Assembly: GCA_947497145.1 (NCBI GenBank)
Contig: CANMFQ010000004.1
Coordinates: forward strand, 68,560-132,559
DNA length: 64,000 nt
Reading direction: 5' to 3'
DNA from: an uncultured Flavobacteriaceae bacterium
GTDB lineage: Bacteria; Bacteroidota; Bacteroidia; Flavobacteriales; Flavobacteriaceae
Below are positions 49,521 through 59,149 of this stretch, piece after piece. Position numbers and translations under genes: made by a program. Numbering within the stretch: position 1 is the first letter of the stretch; the number at the start of each line of letters is the position of its first letter. The notes beneath the pieces are model-generated. The model worked only from the letters and a program-made list of their open reading frames with translations, did not search any database and was not told the origin of the DNA.

Positions 49521-50576
49521 TTACTGTGCAGCCGGGCAATAACAATCATACCTTCTTTCTTGCTGACCAAAATCATACCCGATGGTAATTTGATGAAAAC
49601 CACCACTACCAAAACGAATATCACCCGTTTGATACGAATAATTATAAGATACCAAAAAGTTACGGATATTAGCGCCTACAATTGGTGTTATGAGTTGCAA
49701 TTTTTGTTCGCCAAAACTATTCTCTGTTTGAAAACTAGCTCCATCAAAACTTCTTCTGTAAGATAAACCACCCCAAACACGCCCAAAATCAACATCACGA
49801 TATACTTTTAGATTAAAATCTATCGCCTTTTCTAAATTGGATACTGCCACAGCGTCGCTGGAACTTTTATATTTAAATTCTGACATTTGAAATAAAATTG
49901 AAGGCTCTATCTGCCATTCATTTTTGCCAAAAATATATCCTGTAGATATCAAATACTTTCTAGCGTCGTCAATCAACGGAAGGTTGTCAGCATCTCCCCT
50001 ACCAAATCGGTACAATTCTCTTTCGGTACCCAAAGCATTCAAGACCGCAAAATGCGCATAAAACTCCATTTTACTGTATGATAAGCCTATGTCCACATTA
50101 AAAAAGCTACTGCTAATCTTAGAACCTACAATGGCTGGGTCGGGCTCAATAGAGCGAAACTCACTTTCATCTAAACTACTTTGCAAATAGGTAGGACTCA
50201 AACCAAAAGAAAGCTGGTTAAGATACCTATCATCGCCCCCCAATTTCAAGTGGTGTGCATAGGTTATCTTTGCGCCCGTTAACGAGTGATATCCGTTGGC
50301 ATCATTAAACAAAATAGCCCCTACGCCACTATTGCTATCCCCTATTCTAAAATGAGCGTTTAAGGTCTGTAGATTGGGTGCTTCATCCACACTAAACCAT
50401 TGCTGCCTAGCAGTTCCTCGTATTTTTCCACCTTGAGTAATTCCGGCCATAGAAGGGTATACCAAATAATAATTATCCGATAAATAATCAAAATAAACGG
50501 GTATTCCTTCCTGAGCATAAGATTGTGCTCCAAAGACTAAAAAAGAAAGCAAAACAAACAAACGAAACTTCATCAT
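49521..50576 (-). CDS. Type IX secretion system PorP/SprF family outer membrane protein
   Basis: NYYLVYPSMAG, RQQWF.V..AP.LQT, C-terminal SYSY...GGFHQITIGY. Confidence 0.9.
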   Translation of the reverse strand: MMKFRLFVLLSFLVFGAQSYAQEGIPVYFDYLSDNYYLVYPSMAGITQGGKIRGTARQQWFSVDEAPNLQTLNAHFRIGDSNSGVGAILFNDANGYHSLTGAKITYAHHLKLGGDDRYLNQLSFGLSPTYLQSSLDESEFRSIEPDPAIVGSKISSSFFNVDIGLSYSKMEFYAHFAVLNALGTERELYRFGRGDADNLPLIDDARKYLISTGYIFGKNEWQIEPSILFQMSEFKYKSSSDAVAVSNLEKAIDFNLKVYRDVDFGRVWGGLSYRRSFDGASFQTENSFGEQKLQLITPIVGANIRNFLVSYNYSYQTGDIRFGSGGFHQITIGYDFGQQERRYDCYCPAAQ

Positions 50577-50667
50577 AAATGTTGGGGCTCTGGTTTACGG
50601 TGCTAAATATAAAGTATAACGCAAGAAATACAACTATATTACAAGAGTTTTAGTTAGAAATACTTCG

Positions 50668-50675
50668 TATTTTTG
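50668..50675 (+). promoter_or_regulatory. -7 promoter element (TATTTTTG) for the NifU gene
   Basis: TAnnTTTG match overlapping the ORF-track TTG start, which supports ATG 50694 as the real start. Confidence 0.55.
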
Positions 50676-50693
50676 CACAAATTAAAGAAAATA

Positions 50694-51599
50694 ATGAAAG
50701 AGTATTCAATCACCGTAGTAGAGACAAACAACCCTGCCATATTAAAATTTGAAACCAATCATTTCATTACAACGGGTACCAATTACGAGTTTAAAAATAT
50801 TGACGAAGCAAAAAACTCGCCCTTAGCACAGCAATTATTCTATCTTCCTTTTATAAAAACCGTTTATATTTCAGGTAATTTTATTGGTCTAGAGCGCTTT
50901 GATATTGTTGATTGGAATGACGTAAAAGACGAGGTTGCGCAACAAATGGTGGAGTATTTAAACGCAGGAGAACCTGTAGTTATTGCCGAAGAGAAAACAA
51001 AAAAAGTGGCAGTTACTGTCTATGCTGAAGTAACTCCCAACCCATCAACAATGAAATTTGTAGCGAGCAGAAAAATTGTACCCGCTACTTTTGAATTCAA
51101 GAATATTGATGAAGCTAAAGATTCTGACCTGGCCAAAGCCCTTTTTCAATTTCCTTTTGTAAAGCAGGTTTTTTTAGATGAAAATTATGTTTCTATCACA
51201 AAATATGATGTCGCTGAATGGGATGAAATAACCATGGAGTTGCGTGAGTTAATTCGTGATTTTATAGCCGATGGTAAAGACGCGGTATCGTTAGAAATAC
51301 AACCTCAAAACAAGCAGGAAGAAACAGCACAAACAACGCAAGCTGCTCCCGAATTAGACGATACATCTCTTCAAATTATCGATATTTTAGATGAATATGT
51401 TAAGCCTGCTGTAGCTAGTGATGGCGGTAATATTCAATTTAAATCATACGACGAGGAAAGCAAAACAGTTAATGTTATTTTGCAAGGCGCTTGTAGTGGT
51501 TGTCCTTCGTCTACGTTTACCTTAAAAAACGGTATTGAAACCATGCTTAAAAACATGATGGGAGACAAAATTAATGAAGTAGTAGCCTTAAACGGATAG
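50694..51599 (+). CDS. NifU/NfuA family Fe-S scaffold with duplicated Nfu N-terminal domains
   Basis: Two (E)T.NP..LKF...SPLA..LF.(L/F)PF(I/V)K.V units; KPAVASDGG...GACSGCPSS. Confidence 0.93.
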   Translation: MKEYSITVVETNNPAILKFETNHFITTGTNYEFKNIDEAKNSPLAQQLFYLPFIKTVYISGNFIGLERFDIVDWNDVKDEVAQQMVEYLNAGEPVVIAEEKTKKVAVTVYAEVTPNPSTMKFVASRKIVPATFEFKNIDEAKDSDLAKALFQFPFVKQVFLDENYVSITKYDVAEWDEITMELRELIRDFIADGKDAVSLEIQPQNKQEETAQTTQAAPELDDTSLQIIDILDEYVKPAVASDGGNIQFKSYDEESKTVNVILQGACSGCPSSTFTLKNGIETMLKNMMGDKINEVVALNG

Positions 51600-51740
51600 G
51601 TATATAAAGTCAGTACAACCCTATATTTCGCTGCCTATAAAAAGTGAATTGAATTATGCACTTCATCTAAATTAGCTCTTATACTTTCATGCTTTGCAAT
51701 TAATTTCCTACCTTGAAGGAAATTATAAAATCTAAACATT

Positions 51741-51941
51741 ATGCCAGTTTTAAAAGTTATTGAAGTATTAGCCAATTCGGATAAAAGTTGGGAAGATGCT
51801 GCTAAAAATGCATTAGACCACGCCTCAAAATCGGTTAAAAATATTCGTTCTATCTATATCAACGAGCAAAGTGCTACGGTAAAAGATGGAAAAATGGACA
51901 ACTTTCGTGTGAATGTGAAAATTACTTTTGAAGTAAAATAA
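51741..51941 (+). CDS. Dodecin family flavin-binding protein
   Basis: KVIEVLANSDKSWEDAA..A...ASKSVKNI...FRVNVKITF. Confidence 0.92.
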   Translation: MPVLKVIEVLANSDKSWEDAAKNALDHASKSVKNIRSIYINEQSATVKDGKMDNFRVNVKITFEVK

Positions 51942-51970
51942 GGAAATCCCTTACTATTCACATCAAATAT

Positions 51971-52003
51971 AAAGTGTCTGCCTTAGGGTTGGCACTTTTT
52001 TTT
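51971..52003 (+). terminator. Terminator after dodecin
   Basis: AAAGTGTC...GGCACTTT stem followed by a long T run. Confidence 0.7.
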
Positions 52004-52092
52004 GTGGGTAAGATTTAGCTTTGGTTATTAGTATGCAGGTGTTACATAGCCTATCAATACAGTGATAGATTTTTGAGAATAGATAACAGCCT

Positions 52093-52539
52093 CTATTCTT
52101 TTTTAAACTCACCTATTTGAGAAACCAAAATATTCTCATTATTAATTTCCTCAACTGATAGTGCTATCATTTGTCTATGATTGTTATCCACATCAAATAT
52201 TAAAACTATGTCTGAATCCAATAAAATATTGAAATTTTTTGAACCATCTTCTTGTTCTTCTTTGACTTTCCAATTACCAAAAATAGTTTTATTACCAGTA
52301 GAATCAAGTATTTGAATTTCAGCTGTAAAATTATCTTTTAAAATAAATTTAGGAACTAAAATTTCTTTTGACTTTTTTTGAATTTCGTCAATTTTATTAG
52401 TTCTAATCCAATGCCCAACTAATTCGGTAGTATTAAAATTAACGACATCAGGCTTGTTATTGTTTTCCCTTTCAAATTTACATGATGTTAACATCATTAA
52501 AATGAAGAGAATTATCAATGAGTTTATTTCTTTCATCAT
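52093..52539 (-). CDS. AT-rich hypothetical lipoprotein (lipocalin-like)
   Basis: Lipobox LTS-C; ELVGHW...GNWKV pattern. Confidence 0.65.
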   Translation of the reverse strand: MMKEINSLIILFILMMLTSCKFERENNNKPDVVNFNTTELVGHWIRTNKIDEIQKKSKEILVPKFILKDNFTAEIQILDSTGNKTIFGNWKVKEEQEDGSKNFNILLDSDIVLIFDVDNNHRQMIALSVEEINNENILVSQIGEFKKE

Positions 52540-53328
52540 GATTCATTTAACTATTGGACTTCATAGCTATAAAGAGAAATAAGCTCCCCTAAGATTAAAC
52601 AACTGTTTTACAATAATTTAAATTAATAAATAATGATAAAACAACCAAATCAAAATTTGTTTTTAACACCTTCAAAACTATAGCTAATTTCATCCCTGAA
52701 CAGCTAAAATAATTGTAGTATCCGATAAAAAACAAGATAGATTTCTTTAACAGAGTATTTCATCGATGATATTCGTCATACACCTATTTATGAAGTTTTT
52801 TTCGATTCATATAAACTTTGTTATTATATCTTTAATTTGTTATTACAGAAGTAGATACAAAAGCATTTTTTTATAAAAAAACTGATTTTTTAATTACACT
52901 ACAAAATAATTGTAGTTATTGTTCTTAGCCCCAAATAACAAGCCTCATAAACACCGTGCGTGTACTATACCTGCTTTTGTAAGGTGAAAATGTAGTATTT
53001 TATAAGTTTCAAGCTACCAAACATTAAACTTATAACCATTGAAGGAAATATAATAGAGGATAAATTAGCTAAATAGTATACCAAAATGAACATTAAACAA
53101 AATCAAAAAACCGCTTACATATTTTAAAAGTGATATCCTAGTAGTTTGTTATGCCATTAACCTAGTTTTTGCAAAACTAGTATAGTCAATATGATACCAA
53201 TTGACTATGCTGCGCAGAGCTCAAATAAACAACTACTAAAAACGCCATAAATAGCAACTAAAATACGTCTATCATACCACATTTACGAAACCTTTAAAAC
53301 CAAATTAATAACTTAAATATCAACATGT

Positions 53329-55248
53329 ATGAAAACAAAAACACACCTTCTACTAAGCTTTTTTTTATGGAGTTCATTTATGTCAATTCACGCAAAAGAA
53401 ACCCCTTTACAATTAGCAGATACCTCCACGCAGAAAATAATTACTGGTTATCAATTTTTAGATGCAGATAGTGGTGAAACCATTGCTACGTTTAGGTCAA
53501 CGAACAATATTGCAAACCGTCATCAAATTATTTACGAAAGTCAAATAAGCTCACGCAAGATTACTATTGTAGCATTAACAGAGCATGCCACTCCACCAAC
53601 TGGAGAATTTCACATGCAAATTACAGGCACAATAAACCATCAAAAAACAGAAAAATACCCTCCGTATACACTTTTTGGTGATATAAATGGCACCTACAAT
53701 GGGCAAGTATTTGATTTAGGTAATTACGAACTAAGAATCAATCATACCAACGCTGGACAAACCATGGAGCGTGCCTACTATAGTTTTTCTATTGTTAAAG
53801 ATTTTTCTGGATCAAGTATTCACCATATTGATTTAGCAACCAATACCACAGACGTAGAGCCATTAGTCAATAACCAAGCATTCAATGCTATGTTGCAACA
53901 TAATTTTGAGGTACGCTATAGCCACCCCAATAATATTCATAGTGTTCATTTAACCCTTACGGGGCCTCAAAACTATAACTATTCAAGAACCGAAAATGTT
54001 GCACCATATGCATTGTTTGGTGATTTGAATGGAAATTTCTTTGGAAATGAAATAGCTGTTGGCACCTATGAACTTACAGCTACCCCGTATACAGGTGCTA
54101 ACCGAACTGGAATTAAGGGCCCAAGCGAAAAAGTAACTTTTCAGGTGAGCGCATCAATATCAGCTAACAAATTTCATGTGATTGATGTTGCCAATACCAG
54201 AATCACCAACCTACAACTGGAGGATGGTATGATTCTAAACAAAAATAATTTTAATGGTGGTATAAGTATCGAAGCATATTCGGAAAAGAGTGTTGGTTCT
54301 GTAAAATTAGAATTAACTGGACCTACAACCTCCATAATGACCGAAAATGTAGCACCCTACACCCTTTTTGGGAATAGCAAGTCTCCAGAGAAATACAACA
54401 CAAAAAATTTACCCACTGGTAATTACAACTTAAAAGCAACCTCATATAGCGCATCAAATTTAAGTGGTTCTGTTATTGACACTTGGCAGGTTTCGTTTAG
54501 CATTACAGATGATTCAGAAGATTTAAATTTACCCAAAGCAGAAAGAGTCTTTTTAACTAGCGACGGTGATGCTGGTCCTGATGATGATGTACATCTACTA
54601 TACCATAACAAAGCATTCAATACCGTTGGAGCAGTAGGTTATATTTTAGTCCAAGATTCCAATGCTGTTCAAAGTGTTGAAATGCTTTACGAAAATTACA
54701 AAACGAACAATACCATCCACTCGGTGCAAAGCACCGCAAAAAGTATAGGTTCCCATTATAATGAAGAGAATGAATCTGAACCCATAGATTATGCTGATAC
54801 ATTTTATAATTTATTAGGCATCAATACAAACCCTAATAGCCAATATCCTTTTAACCAGTTTGACGTTTACGGTGAATTAGGTTATAATCATGGCGGCAAC
54901 CAAGTTATTCGCTTTAGCTTTACCCCATATTCTGGCCCAAATGCAACAGGTGTAAGAGGCGTAACCACTTCATTATTGATTACCCTTTGGCCTTGGGAAC
55001 AATTTACAAATACGTATAAAACCCCTAAACTATACCCAAATCCAGCTACCGAGTTTATTACTATTTCTGGAAAAAGTGGTGACTACGATAAGATGGATAT
55101 TGTTGATTTTTATGGCAGAACAATCAAAACACTGTCTAGCAAGCAAATAAACTCAAAAATAGATATCTCTGATTTAAAGAAAGGAATATATCTCCTTCGC
55201 TATAATACAACAGAAGGCATAAAAACAGATAAGTTTATTGTAAATTAA
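53329..55248 (+). CDS. T9SS type A sorting domain protein with repeated (E)N.APY.LFG Ig-like modules
   Basis: Signal peptide; three PY(T/A)LFG repeats; C-terminal LYPNPATEFITI...IDISDLKKGIYLL...KFIVN. Confidence 0.9.
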   Translation: MKTKTHLLLSFFLWSSFMSIHAKETPLQLADTSTQKIITGYQFLDADSGETIATFRSTNNIANRHQIIYESQISSRKITIVALTEHATPPTGEFHMQITGTINHQKTEKYPPYTLFGDINGTYNGQVFDLGNYELRINHTNAGQTMERAYYSFSIVKDFSGSSIHHIDLATNTTDVEPLVNNQAFNAMLQHNFEVRYSHPNNIHSVHLTLTGPQNYNYSRTENVAPYALFGDLNGNFFGNEIAVGTYELTATPYTGANRTGIKGPSEKVTFQVSASISANKFHVIDVANTRITNLQLEDGMILNKNNFNGGISIEAYSEKSVGSVKLELTGPTTSIMTENVAPYTLFGNSKSPEKYNTKNLPTGNYNLKATSYSASNLSGSVIDTWQVSFSITDDSEDLNLPKAERVFLTSDGDAGPDDDVHLLYHNKAFNTVGAVGYILVQDSNAVQSVEMLYENYKTNNTIHSVQSTAKSIGSHYNEENESEPIDYADTFYNLLGINTNPNSQYPFNQFDVYGELGYNHGGNQVIRFSFTPYSGPNATGVRGVTTSLLITLWPWEQFTNTYKTPKLYPNPATEFITISGKSGDYDKMDIVDFYGRTIKTLSSKQINSKIDISDLKKGIYLLRYNTTEGIKTDKFIVN

Positions 55249-55263
55249 ACATCATAAAGTCTT

Positions 55264-55325
55264 TAAAAAGCGTGTTTTTCAAACCTAACACCACTAGGTA
55301 ATGGTTAATTAAAGCACGCTTTTTA
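55264..55325. terminator. Candidate bidirectional hairpin between the T9SS gene and the tRNA 3' end
   Basis: 11-bp perfect IR TAAAAAGCGTG / CACGCTTTTTA with a 40-nt loop. Confidence 0.5.
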
Positions 55326-55592
55326 TTTGTTTAATTAGTTAATAGCAAAGACTAAAACGAAAACATTACCGTACCATGTACGCCTGCGCAATAATCCTCA
55401 AGTAATATAAGATAGTTTTCTTCAAAAAAATGTGTGCGCTATGGACTAATGGGCTATACTCTTTTTTGCTTCATGCTTAATTTATCACTTTTCAACAGCC
55501 AAAATACAAAGCAAGTTGTTTTTATTTTGCAACCAATTTCAATCCTAATGCAAGAAAAAATAACGAATCACAGCATGGTGTGTATTAAAAAG

Positions 55593-55667
55593 TGGGACAT
55601 ACTGGATTCGAACCAGTGACCTCTGCCCTGTCAAGGCAGCGCTCTAAACCAACTGAGCTAATATCCC
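55593..55667 (-). tRNA. trnV: tRNA-Val(GAC); CCA not encoded
   Basis: GGGATAT/ATGTCCC acceptor stem, AGCTCAGTTGGTTTAGAGC D arm, CTGCC-TTGACAG-GGCAG anticodon arm, GGTTCGAATCC T arm. Confidence 0.97.
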
Positions 55668-55878
55668 CCGTAAGGGTACTAAGGTAAAACTTATTTCTAA
55701 AAACGAAAACTAAATACCTACACTTAAACCTTCGATTTCCACTAAATCACTCGCCACAAATACAACAAAATCCTTTTGTATTGTGCAATACAACAAAAGA
55801 AAGCAACTCATCTAAAGAAATCCTTAGAAAAATAACAAAAAACTTGTATTTTTAGAAATCCTTTTTTTTAATCACGTC

Positions 55879-58800
55879 ATGACCAAAAAATACTATTTTA
55901 AATACGCCTTTTTAATGGCAATGTGTACGTTCACATTTTCATGCATGCCTACATTGCCAGAAGAAGTTGAAACTGCCTTTAATGAGCTACCCGAGCATGT
56001 AGACTTTAACTTTCACGTAAAACCCATATTATCAGATCGTTGTTATAACTGCCATGGCCCTGACGAAAATACACGTCAAGCTGGTCTTCGCTTAGATATT
56101 GAAGAAGAAGCCTTTAAAAAACTAAGCAGCGGTAATCGGGCATTCGTTGCTGGCAAGCCTCATAGTAGTGAAAGTGTCCACAGAATTCTTAGTGATGACC
56201 CAGAAGTAATGATGCCTCCACCTGATGCTAATTTAAGCCTAACAGCTCATGAAAAAGCGTTGATTATTAAATGGATAGATCAAGGAGCGCAATGGAAAGA
56301 ACATTGGGCTTTTACTAAACCTGTAAAACAGGAAGTAAAAACCATTGTCAATGCGGAATGGAAAGCCAATAATGAAGTTGATTATTTTGTACAGCAACAA
56401 TTAAAACAGCAGGGGCTTGCGCCTGCTCCTGAAGCTAATAAAGAACGGCTATTGCGTCGTTTAAGTATTGATTTAACTGGGCTACCCCCTACTATTGCTG
56501 AAATTGATGCTTTTTTAAACGATACCAGTGATGACGCCTATGAAAAGGTAGTAGACCATCTATTACAAAAAGATGCCACTGCTGAACGCCTTGCCCTTGA
56601 TTGGCTCGATATTTCACGATACGCAGATTCACACGGCTTGCATGCAGATGGCTGGCGCTTGATGTGGCCCTGGCGTGACTGGGTAATCAATGCTTTTAAA
56701 AAAAATATGCCTTATGACCAGTTTGTTACATGGCAGTTGGCAGGTGACCTTTTTCCTAATGCTACCAAAGAACAAAAATTAGCGACTGCTTTTAACAGAA
56801 ATCATCCCATGACTGCGGAAGGAGGAGCTATTGAAGAAGAGTTTAGACTGAATTATGTTTGGGATCGTGCTGAAACCGTAGCCACCTCATTAATGGGGCT
56901 TACCGTTGCCTGTGCACGATGCCACGACCATAAATTTGATCCTATTTCACAAAAAGATTATTACCAACTGACCGCTTTCTTCAATAATGTTAAGGAATTG
57001 GGAATGACAGGTGATGATGGCAATTACGGCCCCATGCTCACCCTGCCCGATGATGAAACAGAAGAAAAACTAAAAACGCTTGAAAAATCAATCCAAGAAA
57101 AAGAGCAACACCTACAACTAACCAAAAAAGAACTAGCCGATTTAGACACCTACATGCGGCAATTACCCGCTAATGTTGAAGAAGACGGACTTATTGACTA
57201 CTACCCCCTTGATAAACTAACAAAAAAAGGAGATGCCTATTGGGTGGATAATAATAAAAGTGCAACCACATCTAAAGCCCCAAAAATTGTGGCAGGAAAG
57301 AAGGGTAATGCCATGGTTTTTACCGGAGAATATGATGAGATTTACCTGCGTAATGTTCCAAATTTTGAATGGACAGATGCCTTCTCGGGCGCACTATGGG
57401 CAAATACCACCAAGCGCGAAAAATTAAAAACGCAACAGCTCTTAGGCACATCGGGCGAGAAAAATAGTTTTTGGCGTGGATGGGATTTTTATCTAGATAG
57501 CCTAAATCACCTCAATGCGCGCTTAATACATTCCTTACCACATAACTACATACACGTTCGTTCTAAAGACTCCATTAAAACCAACCAATGGAAACACCTT
57601 GCCTTTTCCTACGATGGCTCAGGCAAAGCAAAAGGCTTATCATTGTTTATTGATGGTGTACAGACCAAAACTGATATTCAATATGACAAACTGTACAAAT
57701 CCATACAAACCGTTAAATCTGCAGTTCATACCCTGTATACACAACCCGTAAAAGTTGCTAAAAGTTACCGAGGTTTTACGGGAGAATATGGCATTTTTAA
57801 AGGAGCGCTAGATGATATTCGCATGTATAAAAAGGCACTCAGTCCTGCTGAAGTGATGCTGCTAGCGCAAACCAAAAAGCAACCACCCAAAGCGGATCTT
57901 GCCAAAACCTACTGGATTAATAAATCGCCACAGGTGGTGGAAACCCAAAAAGAGCTCAAAGAACTACGTGGCGAATGGTTAAATTTAATGCAACCCGTTA
58001 TGGAAGTGATGGTTATGGAAGAAATGCCTACAGACAGACAGGCATTTGCCTATAGCCGTGGCGACTATTCGCAACCCATGTATGAAGTAGAAGCCAACAC
58101 GCCAGAGGTGCTTCCTGAGTTTCCTGATAGCTATCCAAAAAATCGCTTGGGACTTTCGCAATGGATTTTCTCTAAAGACAATCCGCTTACCGCACGGGTT
58201 ACGGTAAATAGGTACTGGCAAATGCTTTTTGGTTCTGGTTTGGTGGCTACCCCGCAAGATTTTGGCGTCCAAGGCGAATTACCTACCCATCCTCAACTTA
58301 TTGATTGGTTGGCCATTTCTTTTATGGAGAGTGATTGGGATGTAAAAGCCCTTTTAAAAACCATGGTCATGTCACACACCTACAGGCAATCGTCTGACGC
58401 TACTCCTGAAATGCGAGAAAAAGACCCCAAAAACAGATTTCTTGCCCGTAGTAACAGCTACCGATTACCTGCCGAAATGATACGTGATAATGCGCTTGCT
58501 GCAAGTGGTTTGCTAGTTGAAAAAATTGGCGGAGAAAGCGTAAAACCCTACCAACCCGGAAAACTATGGATGGAAAAAAATACTTTCTCACACAAACTGC
58601 TTTCCTATCAACAGTCTAAAGGAGATAACCTGTACCGAAGAAGCATGTATACCTTTATACGAAGAAACTCCCCACACCCAGCCATGACGGCATTTGATGC
58701 ACCCAATAGAGAAGTATGTATTGTACAGCGCGAAAATACAAACACCCCTTTACAGGCACTGGTATTGCTCAATGATGCTGAATTTGTAGAAGCCTCAAAA

Positions 58801-59091
58801 ATTCTTGCTCAGCGGATGCAAATAGAAGGTGGTGATGCTCTGGAAGATCAAATAACCTACGGCTTTAGACTAGCCATAAGTCGCAGTCCTAAAGCAGAAG
58901 AAAAAGAAATTTTAAAAGAGTTATTTGATGAGCAAGCCGAACGATTTAAACAAGAACCTAAAGAAGTTGCCGCATTGCTAGCTGTAGGAAACAAAGCAAT
59001 AGATAAGGCATTAAATAATGCTAAAACTGCTGCCCTGACTGTAGTAGCCAATACCATATTAAACCATGACGAAACGTATATGAGACGCTGA
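55879..59091 (+). CDS. PSCyt1 + DUF1549 + LamG + DUF1553 planctomycete-type cytochrome c lipoprotein
   Basis: CYNCHG and CARCHDH heme motifs; RLSIDLTGLPPT; RYADSHG; inserted LamG-like region; RVTVNRYWQMLFG; TNTPLQALVLLN. Confidence 0.93.
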   Translation: MTKKYYFKYAFLMAMCTFTFSCMPTLPEEVETAFNELPEHVDFNFHVKPILSDRCYNCHGPDENTRQAGLRLDIEEEAFKKLSSGNRAFVAGKPHSSESVHRILSDDPEVMMPPPDANLSLTAHEKALIIKWIDQGAQWKEHWAFTKPVKQEVKTIVNAEWKANNEVDYFVQQQLKQQGLAPAPEANKERLLRRLSIDLTGLPPTIAEIDAFLNDTSDDAYEKVVDHLLQKDATAERLALDWLDISRYADSHGLHADGWRLMWPWRDWVINAFKKNMPYDQFVTWQLAGDLFPNATKEQKLATAFNRNHPMTAEGGAIEEEFRLNYVWDRAETVATSLMGLTVACARCHDHKFDPISQKDYYQLTAFFNNVKELGMTGDDGNYGPMLTLPDDETEEKLKTLEKSIQEKEQHLQLTKKELADLDTYMRQLPANVEEDGLIDYYPLDKLTKKGDAYWVDNNKSATTSKAPKIVAGKKGNAMVFTGEYDEIYLRNVPNFEWTDAFSGALWANTTKREKLKTQQLLGTSGEKNSFWRGWDFYLDSLNHLNARLIHSLPHNYIHVRSKDSIKTNQWKHLAFSYDGSGKAKGLSLFIDGVQTKTDIQYDKLYKSIQTVKSAVHTLYTQPVKVAKSYRGFTGEYGIFKGALDDIRMYKKALSPAEVMLLAQTKKQPPKADLAKTYWINKSPQVVETQKELKELRGEWLNLMQPVMEVMVMEEMPTDRQAFAYSRGDYSQPMYEVEANTPEVLPEFPDSYPKNRLGLSQWIFSKDNPLTARVTVNRYWQMLFGSGLVATPQDFGVQGELPTHPQLIDWLAISFMESDWDVKALLKTMVMSHTYRQSSDATPEMREKDPKNRFLARSNSYRLPAEMIRDNALAASGLLVEKIGGESVKPYQPGKLWMEKNTFSHKLLSYQQSKGDNLYRRSMYTFIRRNSPHPAMTAFDAPNREVCIVQRENTNTPLQALVLLNDAEFVEASKILAQRMQIEGGDALEDQITYGFRLAISRSPKAEEKEILKELFDEQAERFKQEPKEVAALLAVGNKAIDKALNNAKTAALTVVANTILNHDETYMRR

Positions 59092-59149
59092 TAAGCGTAT
59101 AATCACATCGCTTTTTGAACTTGATTTATGAACCTGAACTTGATTACAA

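Noticed and set aside
55434-55619. 61-aa ORF on +
   Set aside because: It overlaps the tRNA-Val gene and has no motifs.
55560-55667. tRNA-Val as an active prophage or ICE attachment site
   Set aside because: I found no duplicated tRNA 3' segment and no integrase in the window.
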